64,000 bases of DNA from Felis catus (taxonomy: Eukaryota): NCBI RefSeq assembly GCF_018350175.1, contig NC_058369.1, positions 2,110,001-2,174,000 on the forward strand, given 5' to 3'. The notes under the pieces were generated by a model, which saw only the letters and a program-made list of their open reading frames with translations, did not search any database and was not told where the DNA came from. This document shows, in pieces, positions 49,710 to 63,180 of this stretch. Positions within the stretch are counted from its first letter, which is position 1. Each line of letters opens with the position of its first letter. Position numbers and translations under genes: made by a program.

Positions 49710-50560
49710 GCCTCCTGGGCACTGTTGAAATACTTCATGTCGCTATGGATTTGCCTACTCTGCATATTTAATGTCAGTGGACTCACACCATGGGCCTAGT
49801 GTGGCTGGTGTCTTTCACGTAGTATAACATTTTCACGTTCGTTCACGTGCATGACGTGTCTGTCCTTCATTCCTCTCTGGGGCTGAATCACCATCCGTCC
49901 TGTGTCTACGCTGCATCCTGTTCATCCATCCACGCACTGGGGGACACTTGGGACGTTTCCCTCTTTTGCGGGGTCTACACAGTTTTGCACCTGGCATTCG
50001 TGGGCACACATCTGAGTGTCCGTTTCAGTTTACGTAGGCCTGGAACACTTGGGTCACACTGCAGTTGTGTGTTTCACTTTTTGAGGAACCACCAAACGTT
50101 TTCCACGTCAGCTGCCCTGACACTCCCACCAGCCAAGCACAGGGTTCCGCTTTCTCCATCCACATCTTTTCTGGATTCTGGCTCCTAGCCGTCCTCCTGA
50201 GTGGGAAGTGGCATCTCCTCGTGGTTCTGACTTGCATCGTCCTGATGGGAGGATCGTTTCATGTGTCTATTAGACATTTGTGCGTCATCTTAAGAGAAAT
50301 GTTTGATCCAGGTTTTGCTCCCTTTCTGACGGCGATGAGTTTTTGTCATTCAGATAGGAGTTCTTTGTGTATTCTGCAGGATAAAGTCTTATCATACATG
50401 CGATTTACAAGGACGTTCTCCCATTTATGGGTGTCCATTCACTCTCGATAATGACACCAAAGACTTTGATCTTGCCGAAGCCTCATTTACCTACTTTTTC
50501 TTGTGTTCCCTGTGATTATCCTGTCAGTTAAGAAACCTTACCGAATGCAAGTTCATCAAG
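49710..50560 (-). mobile_element. Ancient L1M 3' fragment upstream of the ZNF77-like promoter
   Basis: Paralog of 15230-16100. Confidence 0.7.
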
Positions 50561-50824
50561 ATTTCTCCCTGAGTCTCCATCACTCTCAGATTATCCAGGA
50601 CAGGCCCCTTCAGGGCTGGGGATTCTCAACAGAACTGTTTCCGTGGCCTGGAACTGAGAAGCTCTGATAACGCACATGTCCCTAGACAGTTGTTTAATGT
50701 GAAAAAACATGAAGTTTATGGTACCTCATTTTCCATCTTAAGTGATGACTTTTGATTCCAATCTGAGTATAATTTGATACTCAATACTTTCATCATTATG
50801 CTTCCAACATAGCAAGCTCTTTGA

Positions 50825-51126
50825 AATGTTTTTAATTTTTGCTCTTATATTAGAGGGAGAGAAACTGTGAAGAGGGGAGAGGAGCAGAGGGAGAGATAGA
50901 ATCTTTTTTTTATTATTATTATTTATTATTTTGGGATACAGAGAGACAGAGCATGAACGGGGGAGGGGCAGAGAGAGGGAGACACAGAATCAGATAGACA
51001 GAATCTTAACAGGCTGCACACTCCGTGATGAATCTGAAATGGGCCTCGATCCCATGACCTTGGGATTATGATGTGAGCAGAAATCAAGAGCTGGACGCTC
51101 AACCAACTGAGCCACCCAGATGCCCC
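50825..51126 (-). mobile_element. Older Can-SINE containing a truncated young SINE (about 50905-50991)
   Basis: gata..gaatctt repeated around the inner piece. Confidence 0.8.
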
Positions 51127-51605
51127 CCACCCGCCCCAGACTCTATTTTCTACCCTGTTTACACACATGACCATAGCAAGGTTTTCAAGTGCCTTGACTC
51201 ATCACAGACAAGGAAGTGCCTCATGGGAGGACAGGTGGGGGAAATGAAAGTGCCTTGTCTGAGGGCGAGATGACATGGAGAAAAAGCCACAGCCCAGTAC
51301 TGAGTGCCAGGCCAGATTCCGCTGCCTGAGGCTGTGTTTGTCGTTCTCATTGACTTTGTGAACACTATTTCTTCTAGTTGTTTACAGACAAGCAAGAAAT
51401 ACGCGTCTGTCTGGCTCCCCTTCCCACACTCTTGAGCTGCAAGATCGTGACTCCTGGTGTTCTTTGTCCAAGGTCATGACATAAGCAACAATTAGGTTTT
51501 CAACATTAGGAGTGACAATGTCATTTTTACAAACAAAAGGTGATAGTTGTAAAGGAATGAGAGAGCAAACCACAACAGAACTAAAAAGTCAAAGTTTAGA
51601 AGTCT

Positions 51606-54600
51606 TGTGAAAATACAAAAGGGAACCCTTCCTAAAATGAAGGCATGAGGCCAGCAGAAGCCTCTTTCCCATCCAACCCTGGTCAGTTGTGGACCCTGCC
51701 GATGAAAAAAAAGCAGTGGAAGTGGACAAAACTTTCCTCCGACCAGCAACACTCCAGCCAATGAGACAGAGGCACACCAGCCATTGAGAGATAGACACAG
51801 ACCAGCTGAGAGGGGGTCACAGCCCAGCTGATGAGAGGCGGTCACAGCTCCGCCAATGAGAGCCAGTCACAGACCAGCCGATGAGGAGGCACCATCTTCA
51901 AACCCCCACCCCACCCCTTTGGTCCCAATGGGCCCTTTCTCTACAACAACCCACCCCAATTCTCCACCCCAATTCTCCTGTTCCCTGCAAAAGAGCATCC
52001 TCTCCTTTCTTCTCTGAACTTGCCCACGGTTTTGCCATTTCTTGTGTGTCCTGATTTGCAATCCTTGCTATTCCCAGTAAATCCGGGTTCGCTTGTAAAA
52101 TGCCAGACAATTAAGGTGGACCTACCTGGCATCAAAAGCTGTGCCCATGAGAAGTATGCTGGCCTTCAGACCTACTCCTGTGTGGACTCAGACTGTTCCT
52201 ACCTGGAACCGTGTGGGCCTTGGGACCATGCCTTTTTGGAACCAGTCTTTTCCTGTTGAAACAGGGTTTCTTAGGATGTGCTCTTTTCGTTCTAAAGAAA
52301 AAGCTGTGGAATTGGACCCCAGTCATCAAAATTTGTGAGTCCTTCAGCCCCCATTCAGTGGTCCCCTCAGGTTTTGTGCTTAAAAACTGTGGTCTTGCCC
52401 CACGTGAATTTCTCACTTCAGCAGGAATTATCTCCCCTAGATGACTCTTATCAAAATTGAATTGGACAGTCATGACCCTATAATTGTCAAAAACAGACGG
52501 GATGCCTACTTTCATGGGTATTTGGAAGCTTCCAAACACTATCAGAATGTAAATTCCCTTCTCTGCAAAACACTATTTCTAAATTATCAGAGACAAACCA
52601 CTGAAAAGTGTCAAAATGGCTTCCGAGTCTCCGTCTCCTTCCCCATCTTCTTTGTCTCCAGACGCGTGGGTGCCCCTTCCAGTGCAGACCAGGCCATCAG
52701 TGCCCCCTTCCTCTCTTCCCTCTGCTCCCTCCCTAACACCTGTGTACCCCCACCCTCCTCCTAATCCTTTCAGTGAAGGTCCTTTTCCTCTGATTCTCTC
52801 CCCAATCCTTGCTCTCCTGAACCTTTTAAAACACACCCCCGTGGGGATCCAAATAAAGCCCAAGGTGAAGCCTGGTGGTCAGAGGCTGAACTGGGAGCCA
52901 GAGTTAGACTTTCCCAAAGTGACTGAGGATCCCCCGTGGTTTGCTGGAGAATTTAACAGTTATTCAAACTCACCACCCTGGTTTCTCAGATTTATACCAG
53001 TTGGATCGCATGCTTGCTGGAGACGGCCGGGCCAAACACTGGATGAAGCTAGCCCAGTGGGAACACCCTAAAGAGTATTGGGGAATCAGGCACCTACATG
53101 TTGGCCAGGATGCTAGAACATTCGCTGGAAATACTACTGACCCAATTACAACATCTTCCCTTAAGCCTGGGGAGGGGAACAAAACTCAGCCTTGCACATC
53201 ACAACCTGATGAGCGTTTCCAGGATGATGACAACGGACTCCAAAGTGCGTTTCAAGAAAATTATCAATTTTTACTGACAGCATATGGAAGCTCTCTAAAC
53301 AAAAATTTAAAAACACGTAGTTTCTGCTATCATTACAAAGAGCTGGGATGTTAGAGAAAAGCTGTTTACAAACATAAGCACTCGGACCATCTGTATCCCT
53401 CCAACCGGCCTTTCCAGTGTCCTCCTCATCCCCAGTGACAGGACTCCAGGGAATCATAGGGGTTCTTCCCAGTCCTCCCTCTGACTCAGCTTGTGGAACC
53501 ACCTCCACACTGGGAATGAGTCTCTGTCTTACACTCTTGGTGCCCAACCCCCGGCTGTAACACAGCTCCTGCCTGGAAGGACTAAAAGTGTTTCAATAGT
53601 GGGGGAGTGGGGGGACTCTAAAATATCACAACAGGTTCCTGCCTCTGAGCCTTTTGTCTAGGCTCTTTGAGAGATACTCACCCTGTCCTTCTCTATTCTA
53701 CTTCTCTATTCATTTATGGGGCTGATATTTCTTATAGAAGTATCTTGCCAGATTTTGATTCCCTCAACATGGGCAAATAATTCTAGAATTTGGAGGTAGT
53801 AATCAAAATTCCAACCAAGGAAATATGTGACCCCGGGTCCTCTCTTCTATGCTCTGTCTTTGAGGCAGTACAGCAGGGGGTGGGAACACAGGTCATTTGT
53901 TCCCACTGGATCGGCTTCCATGCTCTTTATGGGCAAAATCCTCCACTGATATTGGCAGAATCTACAATGCATCTCCCATGAAGATAACATTATAATTTCC
54001 AAGCCCTCTTGGCACAATGTGATAAATACTCTCTAACTATGGAGGCTGTTCAGGGCATCAAGCCCATGATGGAAGATTAGAAGGCTCAGATGGTGTTGAT
54101 GCCCTGCGGTATTCCTTGAAACACCTCTGTTTTAACTGTGAGGACATCCAGTGGCTGACGGTGGATGTCTGTCCTGGACCCATCAGAAGTCAATGACATC
54201 TTCCCTCCACACCGTTGTTCCCAACCCCCACTGGCTACAGACACCCACTGCCCCTGAGAACAAATTCTTCACTGGGACTTATCTATGCAGAGGATTTTCC
54301 TATTCCAGTTGGTAAGTGTAGCGAGGTTTTGCTCTCTCTTGGAGGCACAGAAATACACTGGACAGTCATGCCCCAGGGACTGACGGTCTTCCTGTCGTTT
54401 CACAAACCACTAAAGCTGATCTGGAAGAGAGAGTCTTCCGCATCTCTACTTAGTTACAGTACGCAGGTAGTTTCATTGTCTGCTTCCCCCCAGTGGAAGA
54501 CATCATGTACCTGTTGCCACTTTTGGCTTTAGAGGGACAGAAAGCCTCAAAAATCGGCAGTTTGCTCAAACTCAGGACCAATGCTGAGGGCACTTGATCG

Positions 54601-54740
54601 TGGAACCAGACCTCATTTGGATCCAAAGAAAACCCCTCAGGACTGCTTAATGCTGACACGTCCGCTTTTGACTCCCCATGGCAATTTACATGCTACTCCT
54701 CTAAACAGTAAAGATTTTGCATAGTTTACTGATGAGTCTT
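51606..54740 (+). mobile_element. Decayed class I ERV: LTR (about 51606-52122), gag, pro and RT relics
   Basis: Pro-rich gag region then DFPKVTEDP..F..EFN / IQTHHPGFSDLYQL..ML; RT-like WTVMPQG near 54360; many stops. Confidence 0.8.
51751..51895 (+). repeat. About six imperfect 22-25 bp repeats (cagccaatgagag..gtcaca) in LTR U3
   Basis: Directly visible. Confidence 0.85.
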
Positions 54741-54910
54741 TTTAAAAAGATCAAAGTGGTAAATATTAGCTTGGGTGTGCTATTCCAAATCCTTATTTTC
54801 TTTAAAGATTTTATTTTATTATCATTTGGGATTTTTAAAAATCTTTTTTAATGCTTATTTTTGAGAGGGAGAGACAGAGTGAGACTGACTGAGTCACCCT
54901 TGTGCCCCCA

Positions 54911-55097
54911 GCCTCACGTGTTCTTGAAGGGAGCGGTGATTTGTCAAGTTCTCTCCCCAGGGTGTTTCTTCATAGGAACTCGAACAGATGAGAACTTGTA
55001 CACCTTCTCACACTTCTTACATTCACAGGGTTTAATTGTGCTGTGTGTTTTCAAATGACTTTGGAAACTCTGCAACTGGCTGAAACTTTCCCACACT
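54911..55097 (-). pseudogene. Isolated fragment of decayed zinc-finger repeats
   Basis: Colinear with 35417-35607 (gtgttcttgaaggga.cggtgatttgtcaag.tctctccccagggtgtttcttcata ... actttcccacact). Confidence 0.85.
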
Positions 55098-55289
55098 GGT
55101 AAATGCCATAACTGTTTTAGAAATTACATATAATCCATAAAGTTTTAATATGTCATGGTATAATGTCATCGCTTGACATTCTAATTATTAAAATGCTAGG
55201 TGTCACAGAATTAACCAGATTTCCTTGTCAGCTACATTATATTGATGTCTCATATCAAATCTTTAGCCATGGCCATTTCTGAGGGGACT

Positions 55290-55502
55290 TTTTAAAAATT
55301 TTAATGTTTATTTATTTTTGAGAGAGAGACAGAGCGTGAGAATGGGGAGGGGCAGAAAGAGAGGGAGACAGAGAATCCAAAGCAGGCTCCAGTATCCAAG
55401 CTGTCGGCACAGAGCCCGATGCAGGGCTCGAACTCACAAACCCCAAGATCATAACCTGAGCTGAAGTCGGATGCTTAACAGACCAAGCCACCCAGGCGCC
55501 CC
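55290..55502 (-). mobile_element. Can-SINE
   Basis: Head and tail motifs. Confidence 0.9.
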
Positions 55503-57244
55503 ACCATTTCTTTGTTTTATTTTGTAACTTACAGTCATTTTTGTGATACTCTTGCAATATGAGTTTGGTCTTAAACAAGATTCATGAAAAGAAGTCTTTT
55601 GTTGTTGTTTTCAAAAATACAGGTATTTGATATCATCAAGCTCATAAAACTGAACTGAATAAGAATCAGAACCCACACACAGAATATCTTTGAAGCAATA
55701 TGACAGGACACCACATCATTGAAATAAAGAGCAAACAATTATGATAAAATTATCAGCAGTTGCTTAACAAAGGCATGTTCTCAAAATCTAAGGATGCAGA
55801 ACCCCAGCTACATCAGTTACAACGAAGGAAACACCCCTTCCTCTGGGGCTGCAGCGTGGGTTTGCTAGTCACACAGCTGATATGGGGTTTGTGATCTAAA
55901 CAGGTTTTTTAAAACTCATATAACAACAATAAAAAAGACATAAAGGCAAATAATACAACTAAATAATGGACAAAGAATGTAAGTGTATTTTCCCCAGGAA
56001 TATATACAAATGGCCAAAAGCACATGACACAATGCTCAATGTAACCCATCATCAGGGATCCATATGCAAAATTCAACTGTGTACAGACACTTCCAACCTA
56101 CTCTATGAGCCAATTCATCGGATACCACATCTAGTCATATGTAAAATGGATTCTACAACTTGACCAAGTGGGATTTATCTGGGAATAAAATGGTTGGTTC
56201 AGCAAGAAAACAGCAGTTATCAACCTTATGAACAGAATAGAAACAAAACCCATGATCACGTCAACAGATACAGAAAAGATATCTGACTAAACCCACCACC
56301 CTTTCTGACAAAAATACTTAGCCAATCAAGAACAGAAGGGAACTTCCTCACCCAGGTAAGGGGCAGCTAGGAAAAGTCCACACCTAACATTTCAGCAGAC
56401 ACTTCTACAAACAAGATATGCAAATGGTCAATAGATTCATTAAAAGATGCTAGACAGTCATCAGGGAAATGCTCATCAAACTACAAGCAGAGACCCATTC
56501 ACTAGGATGGTCACAAAGACGGTTTTCTTTTTAAGGCTAACGTTACTTGGTGATCACGAGTGGACCCAGGGAAGACCCAAACCACTCCGAGCTCGTGAGC
56601 AAACAGATGCAGGTCTCACAGAGCCCACTGAGCTCATGGTTTCTCACAACCTGAAATGGAATGTAAGTTTTGTCCTGGGATCACAGCCACACTCTGTGAC
56701 TATGCTGCCCAGGGTTATTTCAGATCTGTTTTATGGGTTTGTCCTTTCTGAAAGAACCCATTTGGCTTTTATTCTGACTACCTTTCAGAACTGGACTATT
56801 CACCTTGGAACTGTGCTTGTTGGAAATGCACTCGACTTCAGTCTGATTTCTTCTGCAAAGAGGCTACTCCTGTAGAAACCAGTGTTTAGAAATTTTTATT
56901 TTTCTAGAGAAAACAACTGAGAAATGGATTTCAGTCATCAAAGCACTGTGCAGGAACCCCCAACTGGAACCCTGGACAGTTTTAGCTTTGGGAACCAAGG
57001 TCTCTCATAATGTGCATTTCTAACAAAATGAACCAACAGAGCCAAATGTAATTTAAAACTACAGTGGCCTTTATGGAGAACTTCCAATCTCCCCAAACCT
57101 GTTTTATTGACAATTAAATTAGGAAGTCATAATTCTGAAACACTGAATTTGGTACGCATTTTAATGGGTACCTGTATAGATTTCCAAACATTTTCAAGAA
57201 ACTATGTGTGCCTCTTTACAAAACACTATTTCATTAAAAAAATG

Positions 57245-58350
57245 TTTTTATTTAAATTCTAATTAGTTAACACACAGTACAATATTAGTTTCAGGAGTAG
57301 AATTCAGTGATTCCTCGCTTACATACAACACCCAGTGCTCCTCACAAGTGTCCTCCAGAAGAACCATCACCCATGTTGCCCATTCCCCACCACCTCCCTC
57401 CATCAACCCTCGGTTTGTTCTCTAGAGTTCAGCATTTCTTATGGTTTGTTTCCCTCTCTCTTTCCCCCTGATGCCACATATTCATCTGCTTTGTTCCTTA
57501 AAAACCACATGCGTGAAATCAGATGATATTTGTCTTCCTCTGACTATTTTGCTTAGCATAATACATCTAGTTCCATCCATGTCACTGCAAATGGCAAGAT
57601 TTTATTCTTTTTGATGGCTGAGAAATATCCCATTGTGTACCACATCTTTTTTTTTGACAGAGAGAGAGAGACAGAGAGACAGAGAGAGAAAGCAAAGAGG
57701 GGAGGGGCAGATAGAGGGAGACAGAGAATCCCAAGCAGGGCTCCAATTCAAGAACCATGAGATCATGGCCTGAGCCAAACCCAAGAGTCAGACACTAACC
57801 AACTGAGCCACCCAGGTACCCCTGTACCACATGTTTTGATCTGTTCATCAGTCAATTCACACTTGGGCTCTCTCCATAGTTTGGCTATTGTTGGTTATAC
57901 TGCTATAAACATTGGAGTGCATGTACTTCTTTGAATCTGTACTTTTATATCCTTTAGGTAAATACCTAGTAGTACAATTTATGGATTGAAGGGTAGTTCT
58001 ATTTTTACCTTTGTGAGAAACCTCCATACTGTTTTCCAGGGTGGCAGCATCAATTTGCATTCCCGGCAGTGCAGGAGGGCTCCCCTTTCTCTGCATCCTC
58101 GCCAACACTTGTTGCTTCTTGTGTTGATAATTTTAGCCATTCTGATGGGTATGAGATGGTTTCTCATTGTGAATTTAAAATTTTTTGGAGGGCCTGGGTG
58201 GCTTAGTCGGTTGAGCGTCCAACTTTGGCTCAGGTCATGATCTCACGGTCTGTGAGTTCGAGCCCTGTGTCAGGCTCTGTACTAACAGCTCAGAGCCTGG
58301 AGCCTCCTTCAGATTCTGTGTGTGTCTCTCTCTGTGCCCCTCCCCCGTTC

Positions 58351-58392
<42 letters not shown>

Positions 58393-59821
58393 AAAAATAA
58401 GCATTTTTTTTTAATTTTTTTTTCAACGTTTTTTATTTATTTTTGGGACAGAGAGAGACAGAGCATGAGCGGGGGAGGGGCAGAGAGAGAGGGAGACACA
58501 GAACCAGAAACAGGCTCCAGGCTCTGAGCCATCAGCCCAGAGCCCGACGCGGGGCTCGAACCCACCGACCGCAAGATCGTCACCTGGCTGAAGTCGGACG
58601 CTTAACCGACTGCGCCACCCAAGCGCCCCAAAATAAACATTTTTTAAAAAATTTAAATAAAAAATAAATAAAATGTTTAAATATTTATTTCTTTCTGAAA
58701 GAAAGAGAGATAGAGTCAAATGGGAGAGGGGCAGAAAGAGAGACAGACACAAAATCCGAAGCAGGTTCCAGGCTCTAAGCTCCGAGCTGTCAGCCCATAG
58801 GTCAACGTGGGACACTAACCCATGGACTGTGAGATCATGACCTGAGCTGAGTTTGGACACTTAACCAACTCAGCCATCCAGGCACCACTCTCATCAAGGT
58901 TTTGATTTGTATTTTTCTGATGATGAGTAATGTTGAGCATCTCTTCATGTGTCCGATAGCCATCTGTACATCTTCCTTGGAAAAATGTCTGCTCATGTCT
59001 TCTGTCCATTTCTTAAGTGGATTACTTGGAGTTTTTGTTTCTACATAGAGTATCATGTCATGTGCAAATGGTGAAAGTTTGTCTTCTTCCTCGCTGATTT
59101 GGATGCCTTTTATTTCTTTTTATTGTCTGATTGTTGAGGCTAAGACTTCCAGTACTATGTTAAAGAGTTACAGTGAGAATGGACATCCCTGTCTTCACCC
59201 TGACCATTGATGTAAATCTCCCTGTTTTTCCCATTTGAGATGATATTACCCGAGGGTCTTTTATAAACAGCCTTTATGATGTGAGGTATGTTCCATCTAT
59301 ACCTACTTTGTTGAGGGTTTTTATCAAGAATGAATCCTATATTTTGTCAAATGCACCCACTGATAGGATCATATGCTTCTTATCCTTACTTTTATTAATG
59401 TAGTGTATCACATTGGTTGGTTTGAAAATATTGAATCATTCCAGAAGCCCAGGAATAAGTCCCACTTGTTCATGGTAAATAATTCTCTTAATGTAATGTT
59501 GTAGTCAATTTGCTAGTATCTTGTTGAAAAATTTTGCTTCCATGTTCATCAGGCATATTAGCCTGTCATTCTCCTTTCTAGTGGGGTCTTTGACTGGCTT
59601 TGGAATCAAGGTAATGCTGGCCTCATAGGATGAGTCTGGAAATTTTCCTTCGTTTTCTATTTTTTGGAACAGTTTGAGAAGAATAGGCATTAACCCTTCT
59701 TTAACTATCTAGTAGAATTCCCCTGAGAATCCATCTGGATCTGGACATTGGTTTCTTTTGATTGATTTTTTAAAGTTTATTTATTTTGAGAGACACAGTG
59801 TGACACTGTGAATGCGGGACT

Positions 59822-59875
<54 letters not shown>

Positions 59876-62580
59876 GAATCCCAATAAGAAACCACAATGT
59901 CGGCATGGAGCCCCACATGGGGCTTGAACTCACAAAACCGTGAGATCATGAACTGAGCCGAAACCAAGAGTCAGATGCTTAACTGCCTGAGCCACCACGT
60001 GCCCCAGTTGAGAGAGTTTTTTTATTACTAGTTCAATTTATTATTAGGTCAATTACTAGTAATTAGTCTATTTCTTCCTGTTTCACTTTTAGTAGTTTAT
60101 ATGTTTCTAGGAATTTGTTCATTTCTTCCAGGTTGTCCAGTTTGTTGGCATATACTTTTTCATAGTGTTCTAATTGTTCATATTCCTGTAGTGTTAGTTA
60201 TAATCTCTTTCATTCATGATTTTATTTATTTAGGTCTTTTCCCTTTTTGTTTTGATAAGTCTGGCTTGGGGCTTATCAATTTCATTAACTCTTTCACAGA
60301 ACCAGCTCTTAGTTTCATTGATGTGTTCTACTTTTTTTTTTTTTTTTTTTTGCTTCTGTATCATTTATTTCTCTTCTGATCTTTATTATTTCCCTTCTTG
60401 TACCAGCATTAGGCTTTGTTTGCTGTTCCTGTTCTAGCACTTAGGTATAATGTTAGGTTGTGTATTTAAGACTTTTCTTGATTCTTGAGGTAGCCCTGTA
60501 TTGCACTATAATTTCCTCCTAGGGCTGCTTTTGCTGCATCCCAAGTGTTTTGGACTACCATGTTTTCATATTCATTTGCTTGCATGTAATTTTTTATTTC
60601 TTCTTTAATTTCCTGGTTAACCCATTCATTCTTTAGTAGGATGTTCTTTAATCTCCATGTATTTGTGGCCTTACCAAAATGTTTTTCTGGTTGACTTCAA
60701 GTTTCATAGCGTTGACAATCTTTTTGTACTTCTTGAGGGCTGATTTGTAACCCTGTAAGGATCTATCCTGGGAATGTTCCATGTGTCCTTGAGAGGCACA
60801 TGTATTCTGCTGCTTTAGGGTGACACGTTCTGAATATTTCTGTTACGTCCATCCAGTCCAGTGTGTCAAGCCACTGCTTCTTTGTTCATTTCTCCTTATA
60901 GGCTCTACCCATTGCTATAAGTGGGGTGTTATAGTCCTGTACCATTTTGTATATTTATCAATGAGTTTCTTTAGGTTACTAATTGATTTCTATATCTGGG
61001 TCTCCCAAGTTGGGGGTATAAATATTTACAATTGTTGAATCTTCTTGATGGATAAACCCCTTAATTATGATACAATGCCTTTATTCATCTCTTGTTCCAG
61101 TTTTTGGTTTAAAATCTAGTTTGCCTGGCCTCCTGTGTAGCTCACGCAGTTAAGCATCCAACTTCGGTTCAGGTCAAGATCCTGAAGTTCATGAGTTTGA
61201 GCCCCATGTTGGTCTCTGCAATGACACTGCCTCTCTCCCTGTCTCTGTCCCTCCCCTGCTTCCTCTTTCCCTTTGGAATAAATAAAAATAAAACTTAAAA
61301 AATAAAATAAATCTTTTTACCTTCTATAAGTATGTATATAAGGATATATAAGTATTTACATTTATGACATCTTTTTTTTGATGTGCATCAGCATTATAGG
61401 TGGTCCTACATTTCCTCACTTTCAAGCGTGTGCCTTCATGTCTACAGCAAGTCTCTTGAAGGCAGCATTAAGACAGGACTTCTCTTTTTTGCATTCTGAT
61501 GCCCTATGTTTCTTGATTGGGACATTTAGTCCATTTACATTCAGAGTGATTATTAAAAGATATGAACTTAGTGCCATTGTGTCTCATGTAAAGTTGGTGG
61601 TTTCTGGTGATGTTCTCTGTTTCTTTCTAGTCTTCGTTGCTTTTGGTCTCCCCCCCCCCCCCCCCCAGAGAGTCCCTGTTAATATTTCTTGCAGGGCTAG
61701 TTTAGTGGACACAAAATCCTTTAGTTTTTTTCTTGTCTGGGGACATCTTTATCTCTCCTTCTATTCTGAATGACTGCCTTGCTGGACAAAATATCCTTAG
61801 CTGCCTTCTTTTCCTATTTAGGATGTTTAATATATCAAGCCACTCCCTCCCTGTCTATGGACAGACCTGCTTTGAACCTGATCTGTCTTCCTTTGTACGT
61901 TAAGGACTTTTTCCCCCTTGCTGCTTTCAGGATTCTTTCATTGTCTGTGTATTTTGTGAATTTGACTATGATATGTCTTGGTGATGGCTGCCTTTTGTTG
62001 AAATTAATGGAAGTTCTCCGCATTTCTGGGACTTCAAGAATCTGGTGTTTTCTTCAGCAGATTAGGGAACATTTTTAGCCATAATCTGTTCAAATAAATG
62101 TTCTGCCCCTTCTTCTGTCACTTTATCTTCTGGGACTCCTATGATACGAATATTAATATGCTTTAAAGACTTGCTTAGTTCCCTAAGTCTTCATTTTTGA
62201 TTCAATGCCTTTCTTACCCTCTTCCTTTCAGCTTCATTACTTTCCATAATTTTGTCTTCTATATCACTGATTCATTCCTCTGCTTCATCCATCCTCATTG
62301 TCATGGCTTCCATTCAGTTTGCATCTCAGATACAGCAACTTTAATTTCAGCCTGACTTGTTTTTAGTTCTTTCTTCTCTGGCGTAAGGGATTCTCTAGTG
62401 TCTTCCATGCTTTTTTAAAGCCCGGCTAATATCCTTATAATTTTTGTTTTAAATTCTAGTTCAGACATCTTACTTGTACCTGTACTGAATAAATCCCTGG
62501 CCATGACTTCTTCCTGTTCTTTCTTTTGAGTTGAATTCCTCTGTCTTGTCATTTTGGAGGTCAAAAAAAAAAAAAAAAAA
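57245..62580 (-). mobile_element. Duplicated copy of the 24.9-31.0 kb LINE-1 with an internal deletion of about 1 kb
   Basis: Same flanks and same nested SINEs; jumps near 59036 from the equivalent of 26290 to the equivalent of 27320. Confidence 0.92.
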
Positions 62581-63180
62581 AAAGATAGATCCTCGCTATA
62601 TTTTGGTCTAACTGGAACAACTGGCATTAACACACAGACAGACAAAAACCCTGATGGATAAAAGGGAATGCATGCAGAGGCTCCCCTGATTTTCGGAAGT
62701 GGATGTCCACCCAACAGGTGCCATGGGGCAGCAGCAGAGATGGGGACACGTGGACACATGGTCCAGAGAAGACTGGTTAACTAAGAGAAAAAAGTGAATC
62801 ATTTCCCTCATCAACTTCATGGACACTAACAAAGTAATGTGGATTTAACTGTCATGGAATCAAATAGAACACAGAGAGGAACTTATCACATGTGTGATTA
62901 TGACCTGAGCGATGGAAGAGTTTTCTCACAGAACAACAACCAAATAAAAGGTAATCTAGGGGTGCGTGGGTAGCTCTGTCAATTAAGTGTCCAACATAGC
63001 CTCAGGTAATTGTCTCAAGGTATGAGTTTGAGCCCCGCATCAGACTCTCTACTGTCAGCACAGAGCCTTCTTTGGATCCTCTGTCTTCGCCCCCTCTGTG
63101 TCCATCTCTGGTGTTGGCATGCACAAAGGCATGCACGCATTCTCTCTCTCCCTCTAAAATAAATAAATATTTTTTAAAAG
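57645..63180. mobile_element. Can-SINEs 57645-57821 -, 58187-58400 +, 58405-58628 -, 58670-58886 -, 59765-60005 -, 61127-61310 +, 62959-63180 +
   Basis: Head and tail motifs; most are shared with the 25-31 kb duplicate. Confidence 0.88.

Noticed and set aside
51751..51895. CRISPR-like array
   Set aside because: Imperfect head-to-tail LTR repeats without unique spacers, in mammalian DNA.
52616..53354. Domesticated gag gene
   Set aside because: Fragmented across frames and shorter than a capsid domain.
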